From positions 163,150 through 227,149 of the forward strand of contig JBJOKS010000004.1 of NCBI GenBank assembly GCA_046045965.1: 64,000 nucleotides of DNA. Direction: 5' to 3'. The position numbers and the translations under genes are program-made. Every line of letters starts with the position of its first letter. Positions within the stretch are counted from its first letter, which is position 1. The DNA is from Cyanobacteriota bacterium. GTDB lineage: Bacteria; Cyanobacteriota; Cyanobacteriia; Cyanobacteriales; Nostocaceae. This document shows positions 1 through 10,914 of this stretch, piece by piece. Below the pieces are notes generated by a model, which saw nothing but the letters and a program-made list of their open reading frames with translations, made no database searches and had not been told where the DNA came from.

Positions 1-158
1 TGATTTTATAATTATTGCAAGATAGTTCTTCCTCGTCAAAACTAATTATATCAGGTTTTCTGGTCGTTGTCAACACCCTAACCTCTCTATTTTGCAGATT
101 TTTCATTCAAAAAATTACAACTAGAAATTCTGTAAATCCTGATTCTGACAAACATAGA

Positions 159-644
159 TTATGATTTAATTACTATCTCTCCAGTCATTCCTGCTTCTGA
201 ATGTCCAGGGATGGTACAACGTAAACTATATTTTCCGGGTTTGAGAGGAACAAAAACCCATTCTGCTTCTGCACCGGGTTTGAGTTCTAGTTCGTGAATA
301 GCTCCTTTAATTTCCACATTCCCAGCTTCGACTTTTTGTGTCCATATCCCATCAGCGAAATCTTTACTTGTAAAATAATGCTTGACTGGGCTAGGATTGG
401 TTAAAACCAGTTTGTACCGTTTACCAGCTGGAAATTCCAGAAAATTTGGTTCAAATTTCAACTCACCCGCAGCATTTCCCAAACTGACGGTAATTTCTGT
501 TGGTGCTTGTTTGAGTATATCACCAGCTAAATTCTCTGCTATTGCACAAGTTGCATCTGTGAAACCTAGATAAACCAAGAATGTAAATAAACAAATAAAT
601 GTATATAGATGTTTGGTAATTTGGTTGATTATGTAGATACACAT
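159..644 (-). CDS. Plastocyanin/azurin-like cupredoxin, exported
   Basis: N-terminal hydrophobic segment; type-1 copper ligands H (VKHYF) and C-x4-H-x4-M (CTIPGHSEAGM). Confidence 0.8.
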   Translation of the reverse strand: MCIYIINQITKHLYTFICLFTFLVYLGFTDATCAIAENLAGDILKQAPTEITVSLGNAAGELKFEPNFLEFPAGKRYKLVLTNPSPVKHYFTSKDFADGIWTQKVEAGNVEIKGAIHELELKPGAEAEWVFVPLKPGKYSLRCTIPGHSEAGMTGEIVIKS

Positions 645-732
645 AATTAAAGGTAGAGTTGGTTTGTAGTGAGTGATTTATCGCTCAAGCTGAGATTTTT
701 CAGGACTAAAGTCCTTGCTACATAAGTTTTTG

Positions 733-3549
733 TCACTTAATAGAATTATCTGCGATTATTGCAGGTCCAACTGTCACTACTACAAATTTATCAGGATCGA
801 GTAACTGACGAGCAAGAGAATTAACTTCGTTTTTGGTGACTTGCTGGAGTTTTTCCGCAAAAGTCTGTAATTCCAGTTTGTCTAGTCCAAAAACTTCGTT
901 CGTTAGAATTCTAGCGGTTAATTGCTCTGGTTTAGACAGAGAAATATTATAGTTACTAATCAAAGTACGTTTAGCGGTTTCAATTTCCTGTGTGGTGACA
1001 CCTTGTTGATGAAGTTGTTTTAATAGTTGACGGGTAGTTGCGATCGCTTGATTAGCGTCTTCTGGACTGGTTTGCATTTCAATCAAAAATGTCCCAGTGT
1101 TTTTTCCTCCTTGGAAGTTGCTATAAATTCCGTAGGTTAAACCCAAGCGATCGCGCACTTCTGCACCTAGTCTACCAGATAAGGTATCGCCTCCCAAAAT
1201 TTGATTCAACACCAAAGCTTGATAAAATCTCGGATCTTGGCGTTTAACACCTGTATAACCCATGTAGGTGACAGCTTGAGATTTACCAGGGAGAACAGAA
1301 TTAACATGGATTCCCTTATCAGCCATGACCACAGTTGGATATTCTACCATCAGTGGTTTACCATTGACTCGCCAATCACCAAGTTGAGTTTCGATGAGCG
1401 ATCGCACTGATTCTACATCAAAATCACCCACTAATACTAATACCATCGTATCTGGTCGATAATGTTGTTGTCGAAAAGCGATGACATCCTCTCGTTTAAT
1501 TTTCTGTATACTTTCTAAAGTTGGAAAAATATGCAATGGATGATTTTGCGGATAAATTGCTTGAATAAATTTCCGGTTAGCTACCTCATCAACATCGTCT
1601 AATTCTAGCTTGACATCATTTACAGCCTGTTGACGACTTATTTCCAACTCTTTACCGGGAAATGTACTATTTTTGACAACATCTGTCATCGTCTCCAGTA
1701 AAACAGGTAAGTCTTCCCGCAAACTTCTACCCTGAATACGCACACCTTCCCGCAATGCGGTAAAATCTAAACTTGCTCCCCGTGCTGCTAAAGTTTGAGC
1801 GATCGCTAATGTATCCTTGGTTTTAGTCCCATTCATCAAATTATTCGCTACCAAAGACGCTAAACCCGCTTTTTCAGGTTTTTCAAATTCCCTACCCGCT
1901 TTGATATAACCACCTAAAGTCACCGTCGGACTACTCTTGTCTGGTAATAATAACACCCGCAACCCATTGGCAAAAGTTAATCTTTGTGGTATTGGTTGAT
2001 TGAGATTATTAGTAGTATCATCCGTGGTTGGTAAATACTTCCTGATGTCAGCAGCAGCAACAGTTACCCCAGCAGTTAAATTTTCTGCGGTTGCAGATGA
2101 AGAGGAAGAAGATGATAAATTATGATCATCCTTGGCATTTTGTTGAGGTTCAAAAAAACCAACTGCTGCTGCTTCTGGTTTCAAATACTTATTGATTACA
2201 TCTATCACATCCGCTGCTTTTACCTTGCGGACATTTTCTAAATATCGTTCTGTATATCTATAATCATCTGCAATTAGCTGATCATTAGCAAATTGTTGAC
2301 CTTGACTCAGCAGATCACGCCTGTTTAAAATTACAGATGCTATAAGTTGGTTTTTAGCGCGTTCAACTTCCTCTGATGTGACTCCTGTTTTGACAAGTTT
2401 CGTAATTGCGCTTTTGGTGACAGCATCTATTTTCTGTAAATCTTGATTTGGTGCAGCAGTCACCGATAAATCATACCAACCAATTGCTCGCAAACTGGCA
2501 ACATGAGCAGAAATATCAGTTGCTAAACCTGATTTTACCAAAGCCTGAGACAAATAAGAATTTTTGCCCCCAGTCAAAATATAATCCATCACTCCCAAAA
2601 CTGGAAGATCGGGATGATTTAAATTGGGAAGTGGATAAATTAGCTGTAACAGTTTACCCGCACCTGGTTCTTTTAAAACTATAGGAGAAGTTGGTATTTG
2701 GGGAGTTGGGAAGTCTGGAAATTTGGAAGGTTGTTGACTTTTGGGAATTTTACCAAAAATCTCTTTAACTGTTGCTAAAGTTTGTGGAGTTGGGAAATCT
2801 CCAACAATCACCAAGATCGCATGATCAGGATGATAGTATCTTTCATAATATTCCCGCACCTGCTCAACTGTCAACTTCTCCACATCAGCTTGAGTACCAC
2901 CCGTAGGTAAACCATAACCATGATCAGGAAATACAGACTGCATCACAGCACGCTTGAGGCGGTATTTAGGACTATTTTCATAACCCCGTAACTCAGAAAT
3001 GACTACCCGCTGTTCACTTGCTAGTTGCTGATGATCAAAATGCAAATTTTGCATCCTGTCTGCTTCCAGTTCCAGCAGTGCTTTCAGTTTATCCCGTTCC
3101 GCAGTATTGTAATATGCCGTTTGCTCATAACTGGTAAAAGCATTAGAATCACTACCCAAAGCACTAAATAACTTTCCAAACTGAATGGGACGGTTTTTTG
3201 TGCCTTTAAACATCAGATGCTCCAACTGGTGAGCAATACCATTTATTCCTGGAGCTTCCTTGGCTGATCCAATATTATACCACACTTGCACAGTTACAAC
3301 TGGTGCATTATGAACTTCTTTCGTTAAAACAGTTAAGCCATTTTCCAGCACTGTCTTTTCGACATTGTTTGTCACTGTAAGATTATTTGTTTTTTCGTTT
3401 ACGAATATTTGCTGAGAATGTTCCCAGGTTGCTGTCATAAAATTGTGGCCGTTGGCAGACAGAAACTTCAACAAAAACACTGCTATCAGCGAGAAAGTGA
3501 ATAAAAATAGAGGAACACGATAACGATGGAAGCCAGAAATAACAAACAT
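733..3549 (-). CDS. M16 family zinc peptidase (pitrilysin/PqqL-like, fused two-module)
   Basis: HxxEH motif (HQLEH) followed by MFKGT; a second LxNGL.V module lacking the zinc motif; signal/TM segment at the N-terminus. Confidence 0.9.
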   Translation of the reverse strand: MFVISGFHRYRVPLFLFTFSLIAVFLLKFLSANGHNFMTATWEHSQQIFVNEKTNNLTVTNNVEKTVLENGLTVLTKEVHNAPVVTVQVWYNIGSAKEAPGINGIAHQLEHLMFKGTKNRPIQFGKLFSALGSDSNAFTSYEQTAYYNTAERDKLKALLELEADRMQNLHFDHQQLASEQRVVISELRGYENSPKYRLKRAVMQSVFPDHGYGLPTGGTQADVEKLTVEQVREYYERYYHPDHAILVIVGDFPTPQTLATVKEIFGKIPKSQQPSKFPDFPTPQIPTSPIVLKEPGAGKLLQLIYPLPNLNHPDLPVLGVMDYILTGGKNSYLSQALVKSGLATDISAHVASLRAIGWYDLSVTAAPNQDLQKIDAVTKSAITKLVKTGVTSEEVERAKNQLIASVILNRRDLLSQGQQFANDQLIADDYRYTERYLENVRKVKAADVIDVINKYLKPEAAAVGFFEPQQNAKDDHNLSSSSSSSATAENLTAGVTVAAADIRKYLPTTDDTTNNLNQPIPQRLTFANGLRVLLLPDKSSPTVTLGGYIKAGREFEKPEKAGLASLVANNLMNGTKTKDTLAIAQTLAARGASLDFTALREGVRIQGRSLREDLPVLLETMTDVVKNSTFPGKELEISRQQAVNDVKLELDDVDEVANRKFIQAIYPQNHPLHIFPTLESIQKIKREDVIAFRQQHYRPDTMVLVLVGDFDVESVRSLIETQLGDWRVNGKPLMVEYPTVVMADKGIHVNSVLPGKSQAVTYMGYTGVKRQDPRFYQALVLNQILGGDTLSGRLGAEVRDRLGLTYGIYSNFQGGKNTGTFLIEMQTSPEDANQAIATTRQLLKQLHQQGVTTQEIETAKRTLISNYNISLSKPEQLTARILTNEVFGLDKLELQTFAEKLQQVTKNEVNSLARQLLDPDKFVVVTVGPAIIADNSIK

Positions 3550-3634
3550 ATATTTTCTAGATATAAGTAAATAAGACTACAACTTTTTTACCTATACAGC
3601 GAAAGTTTAAATTTTCTGGAAAATTTTCAGAAGA

Positions 3635-3700
3635 AGGAGTCAGGAGTCAGGAGTCAGGAGGCAGGAGGCAGGAGTCAGGAGGCAGGAGGCAGGAGTCAGG
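3635..3700. repeat. STRR heptamer array (CAGGAGT/CAGGAGG)n
   Basis: Tandem 7-mers read directly from the sequence. Confidence 0.9.
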
Positions 3701-3735
3701 ATAAAGAAGAAAGAAGAAAGAAGAAAGAAACAAAT

Positions 3736-4194
3736 TTATTCCCTGTTCCCTGTTCCCCGTTCCCCGTTCCCTATATTTGACAAAAACCGGATAAACTCCA
3801 AAGGTAAACCATCAGCGTCAGCGATGAAAGCGACTTCTAGGATGCGATCGCCTATTTGTTGTTGAGTTGGTTCTAAAAGAATGTTGAGGGGTTGCAACTC
3901 AGATACAGCAGAGATTTTCGCTTTTAAGTCTAACAACCAAATATATAAATCTGGTACAGTTGCGGTTAAATCAAAAGAAAGATGATAATAACCCACATAA
4001 TGCTCATCTGCAAAAGCATCAGGTGCGGGTTTTGGCTGAGGAATTTGGATCAGTTCAATGCGGCTATCTAATCCTTCCATCCAGCAAGCTAAAGTATAAC
4101 CTGTAGTAAAGCGATCGCCAACCGTAAAACCTAACTGTTCATAGAAAGCGATCGCACGGTGAATATTAGCAGTCCGAATAGAAGCATGGTGCAT
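3736..4194 (-). CDS. VOC/glyoxalase family protein
   Basis: MHHASIRT...AFYEQLG, HLSF, D.DG..LE motifs; the C-terminus is encoded by a GGGAACA-type repeat. Confidence 0.85.
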   Translation of the reverse strand: MHHASIRTANIHRAIAFYEQLGFTVGDRFTTGYTLACWMEGLDSRIELIQIPQPKPAPDAFADEHYVGYYHLSFDLTATVPDLYIWLLDLKAKISAVSELQPLNILLEPTQQQIGDRILEVAFIADADGLPLEFIRFLSNIGNGERGTGNRE

Positions 4195-4230
4195 AAAATT
4201 TGTTAAATGTCAAGAGTTAGTTATTAGGGT

Positions 4231-4373
4231 CTGGGGACTGGGGACTGGTGACTGGGGACTGGTGACTGGGGACTGGTGACTGGTGACTGGGAATAAATAT
4301 GTTTCTTTATCCTGACTCCTGCCTCCTGCCTCCTGCCTCCTGACTCCTGACTCCTGACTCCTGCCTCCTGCCT
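4231..4373. repeat. STRR arrays (CTGGGGA/CTGGTGA)n and (CTCCTGC/CTCCTGA)n
   Basis: Tandem 7-mers in the intergenic space. Confidence 0.9.
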
Positions 4374-4399
4374 CCCCACACCCTACACCCTACTGACAA

Positions 4400-4912
4400 C
4401 TATTCAAACAGTCGAAAATAAGGATAACGTACTGGTACACCAGGTTCTTTATCCAAATCAAAATTAATCACATCCCAGGATGGATCTTCAGTGGGATCTG
4501 GTCCAAATTCCACAGGTAAGCCATACAAACGAGCAGCACCAGCTTCTGGTTGTCCAGAACGCCAAGGACTACTACGCTCCAAATAACCACTCATCAACTC
4601 TTGATAGCGGCGGGCAATAACGACCCTTGTAGCACGAAAGCCTTGAGTATACAACTTATCTAAAGCCTCGTGAATTTCAAAGCGAATACCGTCAGGATGA
4701 GTATGTTGTCGATACCATTCATTATTCCACCTACGCCAATGACGACCCGACTGGAGATGTACCAACTCTCCCGTTTTCGGGTTTGCCTCAAAAGCGCCAT
4801 GACGCGTACACAGATAGGTATCAGTCAGCGTTAGCGCCGGAATAGTCTGGCGACAGTGAGGACACTGTATTTCAGGTCCAAATATTGGGTACTGTAAGCC
4901 TGGATTCATCAT
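4400..4912 (-). CDS. Conserved cyanobacterial protein (TIGR02652-like, CxxC...CxxH zinc knuckle)
   Basis: YPIFGPEIQCPHCRQ.IPALTLTDTYLC..HG signature recognised from the cyanobacterial family. Confidence 0.75.
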   Translation of the reverse strand: MMNPGLQYPIFGPEIQCPHCRQTIPALTLTDTYLCTRHGAFEANPKTGELVHLQSGRHWRRWNNEWYRQHTHPDGIRFEIHEALDKLYTQGFRATRVVIARRYQELMSGYLERSSPWRSGQPEAGAARLYGLPVEFGPDPTEDPSWDVINFDLDKEPGVPVRYPYFRLFE

Positions 4913-5151
4913 GAAGTGTGTACAAGCATAATTTTACTTTTACCAGCACCAATAGGTTGGATTTAACACTTCGGCTCTGCTACTTTGAGTTAGTTGCTTA
5001 CCGCCACACAAGAGGGAGTTGCCGCAAAAACAATTTTTAGCAGTTTTTTCCGTAGCGTACAGACCAAACGGCTGTGATATCCTGGTTGTGCAACCAGCCT
5101 CAAAGGTTGGAGTTTTTCCAGTGTTCCTGGGTACCATATCAATATTCTATC

Positions 5152-5673
5152 GTGTCTACTGTTTCCTACTGGACATCTCCCGATTTTTCTCAAGCCGCCT
5201 TTATCGCCACCAACGCCGTTGTTGTCGGATCAGTCAACATAGCAGCAGGGGTAAGCATCTGGTATGGTGCAGTAGTGAGGGGGGATGTAGAACGCATTGA
5301 AATCGGCGAATGCACAAACATACAGGATGGAGCCATTTTACATGGTGATCCTGGTCTGCCCATCATCTTAGAAGATCATGTTACTATAGGACATCGTGCC
5401 GTGGTACATTCTGCCCATATTGAACGTGGAAGTTTAATTGGCATCGGGGCAATAATTTTAAATGGGGTCAGAGTTGGTCATAGTAGCATCATTGGCGCTG
5501 GTGCGGTAGTAACCAAAGACATACCTCCATTTTCCCTAGTCGTAGGCATCCCCGCGAAAATAGTCCGTCAACTCACAGACACCGAAGCCGCAGAACTGAT
5601 AGAACACGCCGAAAAATACCACAAATTAGCCCTCGTTCACGCCGGCAAAGGGACTGATATTGGGTTTAAGTAG
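5152..5673 (+). CDS. Gamma carbonic anhydrase-like hexapeptide-repeat protein
   Basis: V.RGD, NIQDG..LH and VTIGH.A.VH motifs; GTG at 5152 is a more likely start than 5074. Confidence 0.9.
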   Translation: MSTVSYWTSPDFSQAAFIATNAVVVGSVNIAAGVSIWYGAVVRGDVERIEIGECTNIQDGAILHGDPGLPIILEDHVTIGHRAVVHSAHIERGSLIGIGAIILNGVRVGHSSIIGAGAVVTKDIPPFSLVVGIPAKIVRQLTDTEAAELIEHAEKYHKLALVHAGKGTDIGFK

Positions 5674-5854
5674 GGGACTGGGGACTCTTTACTGGGGACT
5701 GGGTAGAAAAAATAAAGTCTTTATCCTGACTCCTGACTCCTGAACTTCATCATTCTTTACACTTCCCCTTGGAAAAATACCCCACTTCAGATAAAAATAA
5801 AAATTGATAACTGTTGACAAAACTTTAATTTCCACATAACAGAGGCTTCTAAAT

Positions 5855-5980
5855 ATGGACATTGATACCCGTGTAGTCATCGTTTTAGCACCATTAGCCA
5901 TTGCAGCAGGTTGGGCTGCTTTTAATATCGGTGCAGCTGCAATTAGACAAGTACAAAACTTTTTGAACAAAGAAGCTTAA
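5855..5980 (+). CDS. psbY: Photosystem II protein Y (41 aa; not in the ORF track)
   Basis: Translated by hand: [41 protein letters not shown], a typical PsbY D.R...V..P...A.GW..FNIG..A..Q pattern. Confidence 0.92.
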   Translation: MDIDTRVVIVLAPLAIAAGWAAFNIGAAAIRQVQNFLNKEA

Positions 5981-5984
5981 TTAA

Positions 5985-6135
5985 GGGAACAGGGAACAGG
6001 GAACAGGGAACAGGGAACAGGGAACAGGGAACAGGGAACAGAAGGCAAAAGGCAGGAAGTAATATATTATTTACCCCACCTTCCTATCTCCCCAGTCCCC
6101 AGTCCCCAGTCCCCAGTCCCCAGTCCCCAGTCCCC
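5985..6135. repeat. STRR arrays (GGGAACA)n and (CCCCAGT)n
   Basis: Tandem 7-mers between psbY and folC. Confidence 0.9.
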
Positions 6136-6142
6136 AATACCC

Positions 6143-7447
6143 ATGAACATCAACTCTTTACTTCAACCCTTTCAACACTTTGGCGTTAATCTGGGACTCT
6201 CCCGCATTGTCAAATTATTAGCAAATCTTGACAATCCCCATGATCAAGTTCCTATAATCCATGTTGCTGGAACTAATGGCAAAGGTTCTGTATGTGCTTA
6301 CCTGTCTTCTGTCCTCACTGAAGCTGGTTATCGCACAGGCAGATATACTTCACCTCATTTAATAGATTGGCATGAGCGCATTTGTGTTAATGAACAGCCA
6401 ATCACTTCAAAAAACCTGTTTCAATTAATACAGCAAGTTCAAGCCGCCATAGACCCAAACGAAGAATCACCGACCCAATTTGAAGTAATTACCGCAGCAG
6501 CTTGGTTATATTTTGCACAGCAAAAAGTTGATATAGCTGTGGTGGAAGTAGGGCTAGGAGGGCGTTTAGATGCGACTAATGTTTGTGAAAAGCCTTTAGT
6601 AACAGTAATCACCTCAATTAGTAGAGAACATTGGCAACAATTAGGACCCACAATAGCTGATATTGCCAGAGAAAAAGCAGGTATAATTAAAGCTGGATGT
6701 CCTGTAATTATGGGACAATTACCAGCAGAAGCCCAAAAAGTCGTAATATCTCGCAGTTTAGAATTACAAAGTCCTCTTATTAAACCTCAACCTGCTGAGG
6801 AAATTAACCCAGGATGGGCAGAATATCAAAGAATTAAAAATGAAAAATTTAAAATTAAAAATTCAGAGACAATTAAATATAAATTACCATTAAAAGGGCA
6901 AATTCAATTAACAAATTCTGCCTTAGCTTTAGCAACATTAGAAATATTACAACAACAAGGCTGGCAAATTTCTGAACAAGCGATTATTCAAGGAATAGAA
7001 AAAACAAAATGGCCAGGAAGAATGCAATGGTTCACCTGGAAGAATAAACAGAATAATCAAGATTATCAATTATTAATTGATGGCGCACACAACCCAGCAT
7101 CAGCAGCAGTTTTGAGAAATTATGTAGATAGTTTCTATGATAAAAGTATAACTTGGTTAATGGGAATGTTAGCCACTAAAGATCATGGTGACATTTTTCA
7201 AGAATTACTAAAACCAGGAGATAAATTATATTTAGTACCTGTTCCAAATAGTAATTATGCTAATCTTGATGATTTAAAAAAATTAGCTTTAGAAATTTGT
7301 CCAGATTTAGGTTTTTGCAGCACCTATGAAGATGTATTTTCGGCTTTAGATGCTGCTTTCACCTCTTCAGAAAATAAAGATAACCTAGTTGTTTTATGTG
7401 GTTCTCTTTATTTAATTGGGCATTTTTTAGGGAATTGGGAAAAATAA
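6143..7447 (+). CDS. folC: Folylpolyglutamate synthase/dihydrofolate synthase
   Basis: HVAGTNGKGS, EVGLGGRLDATNV, WPGR, DGAHN and GSLYL motifs. Confidence 0.95.
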   Translation: MNINSLLQPFQHFGVNLGLSRIVKLLANLDNPHDQVPIIHVAGTNGKGSVCAYLSSVLTEAGYRTGRYTSPHLIDWHERICVNEQPITSKNLFQLIQQVQAAIDPNEESPTQFEVITAAAWLYFAQQKVDIAVVEVGLGGRLDATNVCEKPLVTVITSISREHWQQLGPTIADIAREKAGIIKAGCPVIMGQLPAEAQKVVISRSLELQSPLIKPQPAEEINPGWAEYQRIKNEKFKIKNSETIKYKLPLKGQIQLTNSALALATLEILQQQGWQISEQAIIQGIEKTKWPGRMQWFTWKNKQNNQDYQLLIDGAHNPASAAVLRNYVDSFYDKSITWLMGMLATKDHGDIFQELLKPGDKLYLVPVPNSNYANLDDLKKLALEICPDLGFCSTYEDVFSALDAAFTSSENKDNLVVLCGSLYLIGHFLGNWEK

Positions 7448-7479
7448 AATAAATAAATTACCCAGTCCCCAGTCCCCGA

Positions 7480-8781
7480 TCACTTATTATCCCATTGTTG
7501 TGCTGCATCTGCTACAGCTTTATCAACCGTTTTTTGTCCTAACATTGCTGCTTGGATATTTTCATAAATTGCCTTTTGTAAGAGTTTAAAATCTTTCATT
7601 TTCGGAGTTAAAACTTCAGCTTTTTGCATTTGTTCAGCACTGATAATTCTGCCTTTTTCCACAGTTGAAGCATTAGTAGGAACTTCCTTAAAATAACTGT
7701 CAGATAATGCTTTCACCGTTGATGGTAGGACGTTAGCGGCTTTAGCAAAAGCTAATTGATTTTCGTCATTAGTGACAAACAAAGCAAATTTCACTGCTGC
7801 GTCAGGGTTTTTGGTAGCACGGGGAATGACAATATTCATTACAGCCACATTTTTCTTACCAGTATTACCTGTAATTTGAGGTGCGATCGCGGAAACTTTA
7901 GCTATTTGTGGTGCATTATTAGAAATAGTCTTCAAAAACTCAGGACCAGAAGCCAAAAACGCCGTTTCCCCAGATTGGTATAAATCAATAGCATGACGGT
8001 GTCCTTGTGTCAATGCTTCTTTAGGTAGTAATCCTTGCTTATACAAATCTACCCAATACTGAAAAGCTGCTTTACCTTCAGGGGTATTAAAAGCCGCTTT
8101 ACCCTCAGCATTTACTAAAATAACACCCATTTGTACAAAAGATTCCAACACTTCACCAGAATCTTGAGGTACAAAAGTGGCAAAAAAAGCGTATTTACCA
8201 GTTTTATCTTTAATTTGTTGTGCCGCTTGCGCTAATTCTGTATAAGTTGCAGGTGGTTTTGTGATACCCGCTTGTTTGAGCAAATCAGTGTTATAAATAG
8301 TTAATCTCGTGGTCAGATACCAAGGAATACCAAAACTCTTACCATTGAGGGTACTAGCTTGCCAAATATTGGGCAAATAGGCAGAACGGACTTCACTAGG
8401 GACTTTTGCATCCAAATCTAACCAGGCATTTCGTCCCGCTAGTTGGGAAGCAAAATCTGGGTTAAGGTTAACAACATCTGGTGGCGTTTTTGCGGAGACA
8501 GCTGTTAAAATCTTGTTCTCCATTGCTGACCAAGGTACATCCACCCATTTGACTTTGATCCTGGGGTTTTGGGTTTCAAAAGTCGTAATCAGACTTTGGA
8601 AGTAGTTGGTAAATTGGGGTTGGAGTTGCATTGTCCAAAACTCAATGGTTGCAACTTCTGAAGCACCTGGTTTTGTGGTTGTACTAACATTACCTGTGCT
8701 GCAACTTACCACCCAACTAGCTAATAAACCAATTAACGCCCAAACAGTTAAATGTTTGAATTTTTGCGATCGAATCATCAT
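7480..8781 (-). CDS. Sugar ABC transporter substrate-binding lipoprotein
   Basis: Lipobox-like VVSC; PDVV and GIPWY...IYN.DL motifs of extracellular solute-binding family 1. Confidence 0.85.
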   Translation of the reverse strand: MMIRSQKFKHLTVWALIGLLASWVVSCSTGNVSTTTKPGASEVATIEFWTMQLQPQFTNYFQSLITTFETQNPRIKVKWVDVPWSAMENKILTAVSAKTPPDVVNLNPDFASQLAGRNAWLDLDAKVPSEVRSAYLPNIWQASTLNGKSFGIPWYLTTRLTIYNTDLLKQAGITKPPATYTELAQAAQQIKDKTGKYAFFATFVPQDSGEVLESFVQMGVILVNAEGKAAFNTPEGKAAFQYWVDLYKQGLLPKEALTQGHRHAIDLYQSGETAFLASGPEFLKTISNNAPQIAKVSAIAPQITGNTGKKNVAVMNIVIPRATKNPDAAVKFALFVTNDENQLAFAKAANVLPSTVKALSDSYFKEVPTNASTVEKGRIISAEQMQKAEVLTPKMKDFKLLQKAIYENIQAAMLGQKTVDKAVADAAQQWDNK

Positions 8782-8990
8782 GGTAATATTTTTACGGTTA
8801 ACAGGGGTGAATAAACAGTGAAAACTTATGCAAAAATGTGGAGATTATAGGCTATATAGATTACTTAGTAAGTTGGGTAATGGGTAATGGATCATGAGGT
8901 AAAAATTCATTCCTTCTCCTGACTCCTGACTCCTGACTCCTTGAACTCCTTCTCATAAATTTTCCATCTATCAATCTAGCAGGTAAAACT

Positions 8991-10115
8991 GTGGTAAACG
9001 TCTTAAGTAATCTTAGTAATCTTGGTAAACTCCTTGGTAAATCTAAGAAAGGTGTTGGAATTGAACTAGCACCAGATCGAATGAACATAGTTCAACTGCG
9101 TAAGCAACGCCAAGGCTTAAAAATAGAATCATTGACAACATTCCCAGTGCCAGAGGGAATCATTATAGATGGTCAGATTAACGATTCTCCCAGGATGGCG
9201 GAACTTATCCAGCAAGCAATGGCTGAAAGCAAAATCAAAGCTTCCCGTGTTGCCACTTGTATACCCGGACGAGATGCGATCGTTCGTGTCATTCCTGTAC
9301 CAGCTGAGTTGGATAATAAAGAGTTGCGTGAGATGGTGCTGAACCATGAAGCCGCATTATATTTGCCTTATCCACGAGAAGAAGCTGATGTAGATTATCA
9401 AAAATTGGGGTACTTTGTAGACGAGGATGGCATTGAAAAAGTACAAGTTCTTTTGGTTGCCACTCGCAAGGAAGTGACAGATAACTATATTAATACTTTT
9501 GCCGAGGCTGGATTAGCTGTTGATGTTTTAGAGATTAACAGTTTTGCACTAATTCGGACTATTCGTGATCAGTTGCGGCTATTCGGACCCCAAGAAGCAG
9601 CGGTTTTAGTTGATATTGAGTTTGACAGCACTGAAATTGCCATTATTATCAACGGAGTCCCACAATTTTCCCGTACAGTACCTATAGGTACATATCAACT
9701 GCAAGCGACTCTATCTAGGGCGATGAATTTACCCACATCACGAGAGATGGATATGTTGATGGATATGACTATTCCCTCACATCCTCCAGATGCTGGTAAA
9801 ACTGGGATTACTGGTGGTAATCCTGGTATGGCTCCTATGTTAAAAGTATTGGGAGAATTATCAGATGAACTGCGCCGTTCTATAGATTTTTATATCAACC
9901 AGAGCGAAGGTCTAGAAGTAGCGCAGATTTTACTAGCTGGTACAGGTGGAGGACTGCAACAATTGGATGAATTCTTTACTCAAAGATTAGGTTTTCCCAC
10001 TACCCAAATAGATCCCATCAGAGATTTATCTTTGCAAGTAGATGCTGAAAAATATCCCCCAGTGCAACGCCCTGGTTTGGGGATAGTGCTTGGTTTAGGA
10101 ATGCGGGAGGCATAA
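8991..10115 (+). CDS. pilM: Type IV pilus assembly protein PilM
   Basis: Actin-like PilM features (ELRRSIDFY, ILLAG.G, LGLGMR); first gene of a four-gene operon ending in a secretin. Confidence 0.93.
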   Translation: MVNVLSNLSNLGKLLGKSKKGVGIELAPDRMNIVQLRKQRQGLKIESLTTFPVPEGIIIDGQINDSPRMAELIQQAMAESKIKASRVATCIPGRDAIVRVIPVPAELDNKELREMVLNHEAALYLPYPREEADVDYQKLGYFVDEDGIEKVQVLLVATRKEVTDNYINTFAEAGLAVDVLEINSFALIRTIRDQLRLFGPQEAAVLVDIEFDSTEIAIIINGVPQFSRTVPIGTYQLQATLSRAMNLPTSREMDMLMDMTIPSHPPDAGKTGITGGNPGMAPMLKVLGELSDELRRSIDFYINQSEGLEVAQILLAGTGGGLQQLDEFFTQRLGFPTTQIDPIRDLSLQVDAEKYPPVQRPGLGIVLGLGMREA

Positions 10116-10119
10116 CACA

Positions 10120-10914
10120 ATGTACAGTCTAGATATTAACTTTCTCAAAGACCGATCACCAGCTGAGTTGAATGAGAATAAACCCGTTAGACAACCAATT
10201 AATATCGAAGAGTTCAAACCAGCATTGTTGGGTGTCGGTGTGGGTTTATGTTTTCCCGCTTTGATTTTTGTTGGTTTGTGGTTTTTACAAGGCCAAAATA
10301 AGCGGTTAACCCAAGAAATTGCAAAAATAGAAAAGGAAGGTAAGGACTTAGATGTTAAATTAGCAGACATTAAGAAAATTAAGGATGAAACGGCTGGTGT
10401 AAAAGAGCAAACACAAGCCTTAGTAACGGTGTTTGATCAAATTCGACCTTGGTCAGCAATGTTACAAGATTTACGCGATCGCATTCCCGCGAATGTGCAG
10501 GTGGAAAATGTCAAGCAAATTCCACCTGTAATTGAGAAAAATGCCCAGTCCAGCAAGGAAAAAAAACCTAGCAATCCTGCGGGACTATTAGAAATTAGTG
10601 GCTATGCTCGCTCTTTTGGTGATGTCAATGACTTTCTACTGAGTATGGGACAATCTAAGTTATTGAATGCCGCAGACAGCACAATTAGTACAGCAGAGTT
10701 GGTGGATGCACCACCCATCACTGGTGCTATTCCACTTGATGAGACTAAATCTGAAGAGAAAATTAAACCGCCTCAAGTGGTTAAATACACTATTAAAGCT
10801 AGTCTGAGTAATGTACCAGCATCTGAATTAATGCGTGAGTTAGAACAAAAAGGCACAGTCGGATTAGTAGATAGAATTCGTAGCCTGCAAAAAACAGGAG
10901 CCATTGCCAAATGA
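10120..10914 (+). CDS. pilN: Type IV pilus assembly protein PilN
   Basis: N-terminal INFL motif, a single TM segment, coiled coil, W...L..L; operon position. Confidence 0.9.
   Translation: MYSLDINFLKDRSPAELNENKPVRQPINIEEFKPALLGVGVGLCFPALIFVGLWFLQGQNKRLTQEIAKIEKEGKDLDVKLADIKKIKDETAGVKEQTQALVTVFDQIRPWSAMLQDLRDRIPANVQVENVKQIPPVIEKNAQSSKEKKPSNPAGLLEISGYARSFGDVNDFLLSMGQSKLLNAADSTISTAELVDAPPITGAIPLDETKSEEKIKPPQVVKYTIKASLSNVPASELMRELEQKGTVGLVDRIRSLQKTGAIAK

Noticed and set aside
5689..5970. 93-aa minus-strand ORF
   Set aside because: It is the antisense shadow of psbY plus STRR-derived codons.
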